Source: Callorhinchus milii (taxonomy: Eukaryota). Taken from it: a DNA stretch of 64,000 bases. The notes under the pieces are model-generated. The model ran no database searches. It worked only from the letters and a program-made list of their open reading frames with translations, and was not told the origin of the DNA. Location of the stretch: the NCBI RefSeq assembly GCF_018977255.1, contig NW_024704742.1, positions 75,766,001 through 75,830,000 on the forward strand, read 5' to 3'. Shown piece after piece: positions 51,142 to 61,994 of this stretch (position 1 is the first letter of the stretch; the number at the start of each line of letters is the position of its first letter). A program made the translations under genes and the position numbers.

Positions 51142-53825
51142 TTTTGTGGGAGAAATGCATTGCTGAGGCCTTTGGTCTTATTGGCAGGCCACGTCATGGC
51201 CTCTTGCTCTATCCTGCATAGGTTAGGATGAAGGTGGGGCTCACGGGGTAGCCCTCCAATAGACCAAAGGCCTCTGCGATGCATCTGAGCATGTGTGCCC
51301 CAACCTTTGCCAAGTGCCTGTACCAGTCATGGCATAGGGCGGGGGGTCTCTGCGAAGCAAGACTCCATCTTATAGAACAAGCTATCCATAGTAAGTACTT
51401 ATAAGAATATCTAGAACGTGACTAGTTACATGTTAGCGGAGTAAAAAGTAAAGGGCAATGCCTTATTAACATTTTGCATAGAAAACAGTTGGGATATTGA
51501 CACTTAAGTGGTAGTGACAAGTTAAGCCAGGATCTTGTTATCAGGAGTTTACAGTGTATCACGTCGAAACATCACAATATCCTTCACAGGGTTTACTGTA
51601 AAGTAGTGACAGCGTCAGTTTGTAAGCCAACAAGGCAACCAATTTGTGCTCAGCAACGTCTCACAAACAGCCATGAAATAAATGGGGAGATATGGCCAGG
51701 ACACCGGGAGAAATTCCCTTCTCTTTTCAATAATACCATCGGATCTTTAACATCCACTTTAACATCTCACCTCGACATGATTGAAAAAAATGGGCCAAAT
51801 GTTCTTCTGTGCTGTAAATTTCCCCCCAAATTCTGGAAGACACCATCTGTGACAATTGCTCCACCAACATTGTACTAGAATGTCAGCCTAGACTGGGGTG
51901 GCCCAACCTTTTGGCTACTGAGGGCCGGATTTGGGAAACGTCTGCGGGCCACGTAAGCAATAAGCACCTCATCATCACCCTCGATGGTTCGATCATCTGC
52001 CCTGACAGTGAACCACAAAACCCTGCTCTCACTTCTCTCTCCTTTCCTCTCTGATTCTCTTACTCCCCCTTTCTCTCATACTCTTTCGCTCTCCTCGCTC
52101 TCAAACACTCTCTCTTTCCCGCACTCTCTGAATTGCTCTCCCTCCCTGCTCCCATTCACTCCCTCTCTCTTTCTCTCAACCACTCTCTCCCACTCTTTCT
52201 CAATTACTCTCTCTCTCCTTTCTCTCTCTCAATCACTCTCTCCCCTCTTTCTGTCACTCACACTCTCCCCCCTCTCTCCCCTTCCCCTCATCCTCTCTCT
52301 CACACACACACTCTCCCCCTCTCTCTGAATCACTCTCTCATCCTCCCCCCTCCCCACCCTCTTTCTCTCACACACTCTCACTCTTTCTTTCTCACTCCCT
52401 CCCTCTCACTCTCTCTCACACTCATACTAGTCTTTGGGAGGGGAGAGAGATACAGACAGTTTCTCATCATCAGCTGCCCGGAATCCAAAGTGTTTCTTGA
52501 GATTTTGTTGTTCATCAGTGATTGAGTGAGAGAGAGGGAATCAGAGAAAAGGGGTTGGTTTCTCAACATCATTTACCAGAATCGAAACTATTACTCCATA
52601 TGCCCTGGTGTTGATCAGTGGGAGCTAGAGATAGAAAGTGAAAGGAGAGAGGAGAGGAAGGAAAGAAAAACAGAGAAGAGAGTGTATCAAAGCGAGAGGG
52701 ACACTAAGTGTGAGAGAGAGAGAGAGAGAGAGAGTGTGTGTGTGGATGTCTGAGAGGAGAGGGAGGAAAGAAAAAGAGGGAATGTGAAAGAGAGGGAGAA
52801 TGTGAGTGAGAGAGAGAGAAATGAGACAAGGGACAGAGACGGTGTGTGTGTGTGTGAGAGAGAGGAGAGCCAGAGAAATGGAGTGAGAGAGAAGGAGGTA
52901 GAGAGAGAAGTGAGGGCAGTGTTTCGTGGTTGGTTCACTGTCAGGACAGACAATCGGAGCCTCCCTCGGCCACGGATCGACAAGGACAGAGCCTGAGCGA
53001 TGTGTCGTGCCCCTGGGAGACAACAATAAATGACATTTATATAGAGCCTTTCACGTCAGGAGGACATCCCAAGAGGAGACTGTGACGCTTCCCTGGTAGA
53101 GGAGTGTGTGTGTGAGCCAAGGGTGGGGAGCCTGGCCGGCCTGTCAGGATGGGGTGCTGCGGCAGTAAGAAGGTCGGTGATCATTTGTCTCTGGAGAAGA
53201 TCCTGGTGTATGAGGCTCCGGAGGTTCCTTCATCCAGAGACATTCTGTTGTACCGGGATGAGGAAGAACCCGAGGAGGAACTGGACTGGCACTTGGATGA
53301 GAACCAATTCTTTTCCTACTTCTTCTCTGCGATAGACTATACTCCCCCTTTCCACGGGGTCCTGAGCCGCTGGCAGAGTGAAGTGCAAAATGCCAAGCAC
53401 GTAGGAGACGTGGACTGGCACCAGGTCTGGAAGTCCAGCGGCTACATCCACACTTTGAAGCAGATGCGGAGCCTGATCGAAGCCAAGCGTTTGACCCAGA
53501 CCTGGCTGAGGGCACTCGGGGAGTGGTCGGAGCAGGTGGTGAAGCGCAGGCAGATGGAGTACAAGCAGGCGTGGAAGTGGGGCAAAGCCGATGCCGGTCA
53601 CTTCAAGGTTTTGGAAACTTGGAAAGAGCTGCACAGAGCAGTGCAAGGGGGGTGGTAGGGCAGAGGAGCGATGCGAAACCCCCTCCTCCCTCCCCCAACC
53701 CACCCCCAGAGGAGAAGCTGATTGGGTGTGTCAGCCTGGCTCAGTTGGTAGCACTATTGTCTCTGTGTCAGAAGGTTGCGAGTTCAAGCCCCGCATTGGG
53801 ACTTGGAATCACATAGCCTAAGCTG
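51142..53825 (+). repeat. Local duplication, copy B (inserted in the ABCG2 intron between the exon 10 and 11 equivalents)
   Basis: 2684 bp, about two dozen substitutions by eye versus copy A. Flanked by 37-bp direct repeats at 51107-51143 and 53830-53866. Confidence 0.96.
53149..53658 (+). CDS. Unassigned intronless 169-aa ORF with an N-terminal MGCCGSKK lipidation motif, nested antisense in an ABCG2 intron
   Basis: Strong Kozak context (cAggATGG), coding-like GC-rich third positions, non-repetitive protein, and an N-myristoylation consensus (G2, S6, K7) with adjacent C3/C4. No family recognised; expression unknown. Confidence 0.6.
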   Translation: MGCCGSKKVGDHLSLEKILVYEAPEVPSSRDILLYRDEEEPEEELDWHLDENQFFSYFFSAIDYTPPFHGVLSRWQSEVQNAKHVGDVDWHQVWKSSGYIHTLKQMRSLIEAKRLTQTWLRALGEWSEQVVKRRQMEYKQAWKWGKADAGHFKVLETWKELHRAVQGGW

Positions 53826-54007
53826 TGATATACTATACTACACCAACCAGTCCATCTATCCATATTCTTCTTAGAAACGTCAGGGTGAATTTCAATCTAA
53901 GCATATCCTACCAAGTCTAATGATGTTTCCAATTGGGACAAAATTGACACTCCTATTTTTCTCTACCAAGTGATGAAATGAGCCCCATCCCGTGCAACTA
54001 CACTAAC

Positions 54008-54090
54008 CTGTTCTGAATTCCATTCAAATCATTTTTCACTCCAAAAGATAAGGCTCCCACAACCAGACCCATGGAAAGCGAAACCAATAT
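54008..54090 (-). CDS. ABCG2: ABCG2 exon 10 equivalent (TM1)
   Basis: 83 bp: ILVSLSMGLVVGALSFGVKNDLNGIQNR. Confidence 0.95.
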
Positions 54091-55926
54091 CTAATGGAGA
54101 GAGAAAATGCAATTAGTACAATAAAATCTTTCCAAAACAGTATATTTATTGGGAAGAGGAACAAATTAGTGTGAAAATTTTATAACAGGGTGAAGTATAT
54201 TAAAAAGGGATCACAGAGATTCTGCAATAAAGAAACAGTTTGCCTCAAAGCAGTTTGCCAAATATTTTACCTAAGTTTGCTGAAGGCAATAATGCAAGCT
54301 GTCACAATATATCACTAACCAGAGTTAGAAGCTTATTTATTCAAGCAAATGGTATTGGAAGGAAAATACTGTGCAGCTTCTCCCTACAAAATAACCAAGA
54401 CAGTGAAGTTAAAAACCGAGCTCAGGGGAGAAATTACACCTGGCTATAGATTTACTCCAGAACTTGGAAAAATGTTGAATTCAGTATTAAGTTTGAGATG
54501 GATTTTCTGCAATTCTTAAAATAAACTTAAAAAAACTTGAAAATTAAGACTGCATTTAAGAATTTGCCAAATTATGGATGTTCCAAATAGTACTACATAA
54601 AAAGAGTAAATCTAAAGGAGGGTGGACTCTCTCCTCCCTCCGTTCAAAATCTGTCTCAAGATGTAACTCTTTGACCTTTGACATCTTTCTCCTCTCGACT
54701 CTCTTCAGCAACTGTCCTCCTGGATCAGGTGCCCAGTAGTGTTAAGCGTTTTGGGACATCCTACCAACTCAATGCCATTGTAAATGTAAATTGTATTGTA
54801 TTTTCTCCTCTCTTGTTAAGAAAGGGATGATGTAAATGGTACCTCATGTCAGAAAATAGCTTCAAGATATAGTCTATCTCCTCCAGGTAATTTCACATAC
54901 TTTGTGCGGACCTATGAAAACTTGGCTCTGAAGAAATCTCAGATGGAATCAAAGTTCTTGCAGGATGACATGACACAATGGTGTAAGCAATCCCAGAATT
55001 CTGGATTGTCTTAACTTGACCAAAGACTTTTGCGAAGACTCATGGACTTTATTTCCTAAAGGCTAACTGTATACATAAATGGATCAAGGCCAAGGACAAA
55101 CGGAAGAACAAGGATCAAAGGATTTCTTCAACCTGGAAGATAAAATTCTTTTGTCGCATTGCAGCTGATGTCTGGAACGACACATTGAACAGACTGGGGT
55201 ACGTGACCAACAAGGTATAAAGAACCAGAGATTTAGGGGTTAATCAGAAGAGCTAACTGCAAACAATCTTGAGGAAAGAGGGATATACTGCAATCAACAT
55301 TGATCACTATACCAAGTTAACAAGCCAATTCATCAATTGAAGCTGTTGTATTGGTCCGATCAACTCATTGAGGTGAACTGTACTAACCAGTCATAAGCAT
55401 TAATTTGATTATATGAAACATATCACCTTGATATGCATTTATTTACTCATCTTTTATTAACATTTACTAATTGAAGCAAATTGAGAGTTGTGCCAATTTG
55501 TACTTCACTGCAGGCTCATAGATTTTAAGTAACCCTACAATGGTAAGATTCACTTTATATCCTGCAGTGTTTTTTCTAGCATGAGGGTCAACATCCTTTT
55601 TTAAATTGAGTCATTAATTTGGGTGCCCATTGCCCCGAGACCTCGGTGCCCCGTAACTTGGAGATTTAGATCCCTGGTCTTTGCGATTTAGGTAGATATG
55701 AATAGATGTGCTACAGCTACTACACTTAATAGTTATTGCTGTTCAAGCACTTTGAAACGTTTCAGCGTTATAGGTGCTGTATCAAATAGAAGGTTTTTAT
55801 TATTAAGTGAGGATCAAATCTGCCATTATTCATAACAACCACATAATAAAATCATGACATTGCTCTTATCATTAAATTAGTTACTATAAATGTTTACAAA
55901 CTAAAGACTACAGAGGTGCATCCTAC

Positions 55927-56177
55927 CTGAGCAACAGAGGTTTGAGGACTCCTCAGCAGATTTTTGAATGATCGTTTGGTCAACCACTTTAGCTGGTGAC
56001 TGAATGATGTTGAGTACATGATTTGTCTATGAAATGATTCTGATCCTTTTTTTGCTTCCGACAATTGTTTTAATTTGGCCATCATTTCACTGGAATAGGT
56101 GGATTTGGAAAACATAATTGCAAGTTTCTCTGCTAGTGTAGTTTCCGTTTTTCCAAAAAGAGCTTCAAAATCCATAT
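55927..56177 (-). CDS. ABCG2: ABCG2 exon 9 equivalent
   Basis: 251 bp, AG/GT bounded: DMDFEALFGK...LAEKLA...YSTSFSHQLKWLTKRSFKNLLRSPQTSVAQ. Confidence 0.95.
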
Positions 56178-56457
56178 CTTTAGTGGAGGGGAAAAAAACC
56201 AAAGTATTATTGGTTATTAGCAGATACAACTAAGTTGCATCCAATAGGGTTCACATCAACTAAGCAGCTTCTAGTGCTATAAAATGACCCATTTCCAGGC
56301 CAGCAGGTTGTCACAATGCGTGGTAAGTGACATCTATGGCAAGCTGATAACCAGGAAATCAGTAATTTTTACAGCACAGGAAGCTGGCCGGCATTTTGCA
56401 GTGAGCAGGTTGACTTTCTGAGTCCATTTTGCGGTAAATAAATACGGAGTCCATATC

Positions 56458-56925
56458 ACAACAACAACAAGATTGCATTTATAGAGCGCTTTTCACGTCG
56501 GGAGGATGTCCCAAGGCGCTGTAAAGTTGGGTCAGGACCCGAGCAGGGGGGAAATGGTCAGGTAGAGGGGAGGGAGCGAGGAGGGGGTAGAGAGTCGAGA
56601 GGGGAGCTGAAGGCACGGTCAAAGAGAAAGGTCTTGAGACCGGCCTTGAAGGAGGAAAGGGAGGAGGCGGCGAAGGCACTGGGGGATAGAGTTCCAAAGT
56701 CTAGGAGCTGAGAGGCGGAAGGCCCGGCCACCGATGGTAGGGCGGTTGGGGCGGGGGATGTGGAGCAGACCGGAGCTAGAGGAACGGAGGGTACGGGCAG
56801 GTAGGTAGGGGGATAGTAGGTCAGAGAGGCAGGAGGGAGCAAGGCCGTGAATGGCCTTGTAGGTGAGGATGAGGATCTTGAAATCGATCCTCTGGGGGAT
56901 GGGGAGCCAGTGGAGGCGAGCGAGG
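56458..56925 (-). mobile_element. L2 3' fragment
   Basis: Same subfamily as 37720-38438 (LARLHWLPIPQRIDFKIL). Confidence 0.88.
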
Positions 56926-57768
56926 CACAAGCATGTTCTAGGCGAACCCACAGTCTAACAAAACTGCATTATAATGGAGATTCCATTGCTATTTGAAAGA
57001 AATTTGGAGTCTTTTTGCTGATTATGGAGGCTTACATTCCCCTACTAATTCAAATTCATTGGCTGCTCATTTCATTGTTTATGGGCGTTGCTGTTGCAAT
57101 TAGCTGCCGCGTTTGTCTGTTGTTGAGACGTCTCAAAGTGCTTCACAGAATATATTGTAAAGTGGAGTGACTGTTTTTTTTGTTGGCAAAATTCATGCCA
57201 TTTTTAATTAAATATATTTTATGAAGCACTTTGAGATGTTCATCTTTACATGAAAGGCATTCTAACAAGTAACTCCTGTGAACATCTCAAACACTTCACA
57301 GGAATTACTAGTTAAGACAATGGGAGAAACTCCCATCTCTTTTCGAATGTGCCCGTGGACCTTTAGTGTCCACCTGAAAAGACAGACTGGACTTCGGCTT
57401 AACATCTCATCCAATGGATCCCCAGTACTGCTTTGGAGTTTTGGCATAGACGATATAAATTCAAACATTTGTCGTGGGACTTGAACCTGCAACCATCTGA
57501 CTCAGAGGCAAGAGTGCTACCAACTGAACCGGGCTGACACTGCCGTACAATATCTTTATATATATAGGAAACAGTGTTTTATGAGATTTAATAATTAAAA
57601 ATGCAACTTTATCCATCACTGAGATAGCGTGGCAAAAATCAACTTTTGAGGTCCATAAAATTACAATATGATCAAAAGAATCCTCATTATACTTACTTAT
57701 ATCACTATACGTACCTATGACTCTATACATAGCTATATCATGATACTTATCTATATCACTATACACAC

Positions 57769-57873
57769 CTGTGTCAAAATATTCATTTTGCCTTGCTTCC
57801 ACTGCAGTTGAATCTCCATTGATGATATCAAGAAAAAAATCTGCAGGGTTGTTATATGGTTCACAATTGTATC
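57769..57873 (-). CDS. ABCG2: ABCG2 exon 8 equivalent
   Basis: GYNCEPYNNPADFFLDIINGDSTAVEARQNEYFDT with the NPADF motif. The donor is ambiguous: in-frame alternatives end at 57715 and 57697. Confidence 0.9.
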
Positions 57874-59491
57874 CTGTTTAAATGTTATTTTAAAATGCAA
57901 GGATTATTCTTCTTATTAATAAAAGATCAGTAAGAGTGAAATGCTAACTGAAGTGAGCCCTAGTAGTAAGTAGTAACCCGGTTCATAGTCGATTGGCGGA
58001 TTGCTTTTCCGGGGGTAATAATTTCTTAAAAAAAAATAATAAATCACTCAATCCCTAACTGTTTGAGGGGCACTGCTGTGCGCAATTGGCTGCCGTGTTT
58101 TGTCCCCCAATTATACAGTCAATTCACTTTACAGTTACAGAAGAGCTTTGAGGCCTCTCGAAGATGTGATAAGGCTCTATATCAAATGCAAGGATTATTA
58201 TAATATATTATATTAAGTGACACTGCCGAGACACTGCCATGTGAAGAGCACAATATAAACCTTGGGCAAGTTTCCTTACTCCACACAGAGCCTAATAATA
58301 ATCCCTCCAAAACCAAAAACAATAATAAATTGGTCATTTTCAATCTACGACGGTTTGTGGGACATTGCTGTGCGCAATTGGCTGCCGTGTTCGCCCACAA
58401 ATATATACAATCAAATCACTTTACAGTGTGTTCTGTGAAGCGCTCTGGGACGTCCTCCCGACGTGAAAAGCCTATATCAAATGCAAGGATTATTATTATT
58501 ATTATAAATGCAAGTTGTTGTTGATTTTAAAAGCCAGTTTTGGTGCCAACGAAAAGCCCAGACTCTTGTGATTAGTGTACCACAGTGATAGAAGGTCATT
58601 GCTTGAGAGTGGAAATCATATCAAATCCGGGAAGCAGATACTGGTGGCCCAAGTGACTAGACAACGCCTCAATGAATAAGTCTACAGTCTACAATGCTCA
58701 AAGTGACAGTAAGGAAAGCCATCAATTCATGTCTCAATCATTATTTTATGTAGAGGGGGGGGGCAAGTCTCCTGAACTCAAGTAATTTCTGTGACTGTTG
58801 TGAAAGATGTCCAGCTGCCCTGACCACAAATGCAACCAACAAGGACTCATTTGGAGCCTGTGATTTTGGGTTTAATTCAGACGACATGGGAGCTGTCCTG
58901 CGTGGGTGGCTGGACAGACATTAGTGTTTTGCTGCATGGGGATTGTCACAGATGGCTGACAACAGTAGGTTTTGTTAGCCAAGATACTGTATTATTTAAC
59001 ACCTCATTTATACAATACATCATAAACATTACTCCGGGCTCCCTTTTCATTGTCATACCAAACCTGCAATATAAACAATCTGGGGAAAAGAACTATGGTA
59101 CGTGCAGTTTCACTGCAATAAAATTATGTTTCATTGTTGTTTAGTAGTTTAAACTTTACGTAAAGCACATCAACATTTTTGCAGGTCAGATCTAACGTCA
59201 TCTCTGCCTGAATTGATTTACAGTTCATACTTTGAACAAGAAGTAATGTAATCAGATCTTATTAATACTATTCATTAAAAGCCACTGTCCCTTTTAGGTT
59301 TCTGTCTTCGTACTAAGAAAATGGCTCAAACAAAAGGAACAACAACAACTTGTATTTATATAGTGCCCTTTCTGCAGGATAGCGCCACAGAGCGCTGTGC
59401 AGTAAGAGGGTTGGAGAAGGAATGGAGAAGGGGGAGGGAGAGGTGTTCACAGGCCCAGTTGAAGAGGGAAGTCTTTAAGTGAGATCTAAAG

Positions 59492-59813
59492 ATAATAATA
59501 TAATAATCCTTGCATTTGATATAGCGCTTTTCACGTCTTCTAGACGTCCCAAAGCGCTTCACAGAATATACTGTAAAGTGAATTGACTGTATATTTGTGG
59601 GCAAACGCGGCAGCCAATTGCGCACAGCAGCGTCCCACAAACAATCATGGATTGAAAATGATCAATTTATTATTGTTTTTTGTTTTTTGGAGGGATTATT
59701 ATTAGGCGTGTGGAGTAAGGAAACTTGTCCAAGGTTTTGCCCTGTCTGGAATTGAACCCAGGTGTCTCACTTGCAAAGCGAGTGCTCTAACCACTGAGCT
59801 ACAGGACTCCACA
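59492..59813 (-). mobile_element. tRNA-derived SINE (family A) with a Deu-like core and (TTA)n tail
   Basis: Head GGAGTCCTGTAGCTCAGTGGTTAGAGCA...GGTTCAATTCC (A and B boxes), core GTTTGTGGGAC.CTGCTGTGCGCAATTGGCTGCCGCGTTT and an L2-like tail. Many partial copies occur across the window. Confidence 0.85.
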
Positions 59814-60356
59814 GGCCTTGGATATAGCACCTTATCATGCCGTGGAAACGTCTCAAAGCGTTTAACTGAATATACTGTAAAGTGAATTAACTGTATATTT
59901 TGTGGGCGAAACACGGCAGCCAATTGCACAGCAGTTCTCCGCAAACAATCGTTAATTGATTGACTAAATTATTTATTTATTGAAGGGATTATTACCCCCG
60001 AAAAACAATCGCCAAATGACGAACAACTGGGTTCCCACTTACTGCTAGGTAAACAGAGGCATGTGGAATAAGGAAACTTGCCCAAGATTTCAGCAATCCA
60101 GCCCAGGTCATCTCGTTTGCGAGGCCATTCCTTCACAAAATATACAGTCAATTCACTTTACAGTAAATTCTGTCAAGTTATTTGAGGAGTCTCAACGACA
60201 TAAGGAGCTTTATCAAATGCAAGGATTATTATTATTATTATTATAGAAAAGGAAGGGGTAGAAAATAGAGCCCTGAGGTGCACCGGACATGATCTTGGAA
60301 GGTGGGAAGAGAAACCATTGGAGGAGACAAAGTGGAGGCGGAGGGTCAGCACTCAC

Positions 60357-60508
60357 CAATTGTGGCAAAGTAATCCAGTGCTTTGAAAGCTGGGCCTTGG
60401 AAAATCATTCTTCCATTTGCCAGGAGTGTCAAGCTATCAAAGAGCTTAAAGATAGAGTATCTGGGCTGATGGATTGAGAAGATGATCGTTTTACCTTGCT
60501 TTGACATC
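60357..60508 (-). CDS. ABCG2: ABCG2 exon 7 equivalent (H-loop)
   Basis: 152 bp: MSKQGKTIIFSIHQPRYSIFKLFDSLTLLANGRMIFQGPAFKALDYFATI; donor GTGAGT. Confidence 0.97.
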
Positions 60509-61836
60509 CTAAGAAAAAGAGGGAAATTGATGCATTTTCATTATAATTGTCCATAAGAAAGGTTTCGTCCACAAAATATACAGTCAATTCACTTCACAGT
60601 ACATTCTGTGAAGCGCTTTGAGACATCTCGAAGATGTGATAAGGCGCGTATCAAATGCAAGGATTATTATTATTAATCAAGTCTTATGTATTCAGGCAAT
60701 CTTTTTGTCGTGCGAATAACCCCAATTAAGGCATTTGTAAGAGTTACATAAACACCGGAACTGTGCTGAGGCCTGGTAGATAGTAAGCATAACCCAGAAC
60801 AAAAAATACAAGGAAAGAAATGAGACATGAATGAGCTGGAAACTATAACATAGCTGAAATTCTGAAGCAGGGAAAGTTTTGAGCAAATTGTGCAGGATAT
60901 GTTTATCTAAAGAGAAAAATCTATCAACAACCAGTCAGCATGGATTCAGAGGCAATATTCCTCGTAAATCTAGCACAATTTGTGGTGTTAATTAAACCAG
61001 TGGGTGAGGAGTATCTAATAGTTATAACGTACTTGAAATTTCAAATAAAGTTGGGATCATTTTCAGAAAGATTCCCTCAAACAAAATTTGAATGAAGCTT
61101 AAAGCCCATAAAATGAAAGGGAAATTGAAAAATGGCTCAGCAAGAGGAAAATCATAATATGGAAAGGCTTTGTTGACAGGCAGCATCTAACAATGGTGTC
61201 TGTTATGGATGCTGGCCACCTCGTTTATAAATGCAACACAACAATACAAATTTACAATTAGATTGTGCTTTTCACATTGGGAGGACACCCCAAAGTGTTT
61301 GATATTGCTGGCTGGGCATCTGAGTTTGGGGTGCGAATCAAGGGGGTGGGGAGCGAAAAAATGACAAAAAGTAGGTCAAAATGAGGTATGTTTTAAGATG
61401 GATCTTGAACAAGGCGAGCCGTTAAACTGAGATCCAGAGCAATAATTCTCCATATAAAATTGGGAATTCACTTCAGGGTTGTTTGTGGGCTGTTTTTGCA
61501 TGCAAACTGGTTGCAACATTCAGCAAGATACACAGTCACTGCCCTTTACAGTATATTCTGTGAAGTACTTTTCGATGGCTTCCTGACGTGAAAGCGCTAT
61601 ATCAAATGCACAGATTGTAATGATATGACCATGTGATTGACAAAAGAAATATAGCAGTTAAGAAGATCTGAACCAATTCTGCATCTGTGCTAAGGAATGA
61701 CTGATGGACTTTAATGTATGTGCACACAATAAAGGTGTAGAGATTAGCAGAGAAGGGAAAACATTTGGGTGATACAATGAAGGATACTGTGGTGTAGACT
61801 GCATCTGATCGAGTGATTTTTCATCTAATAAACTAC

Positions 61837-61994
61837 CTTTTCAGTAAGAGCAAGACAGCATGAGCGGTGCTGGCATCCAGTCCAGTGGTCGGTTCATCCA
61901 GGAACAAGACAGTGGGATTAATGATCAGTTCCATTCCAATGTTTGTCCTCTTTCTTTCTCCACCAGACACGCCTCGAATCAGTTGAGTGCCAAC
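61837..61994 (-). CDS. ABCG2: ABCG2 exon 6 equivalent (ABC signature and Walker B)
   Basis: 158 bp, AG/GT bounded: VGTQLIRGVSGGERKRTNIGMELIINPTVLFLDEPTTGLDASTAHAVLLLLK. Confidence 0.97.

Noticed and set aside
53230..53703. 157-aa minus-strand ORF and other ORFs overlapping the MGCCGSKK ORF
   Set aside because: Probably shadow frames of a GC-rich coding sequence; no recognisable motifs or independent support.
51142..53825. Retrocopy, LTR or Helitron origin for copy B
   Set aside because: No poly(A) tail, no LTRs and no TC...CTRR ends; Helitrons make no TSD. The copy includes upstream DNA and cuts through SINEs.
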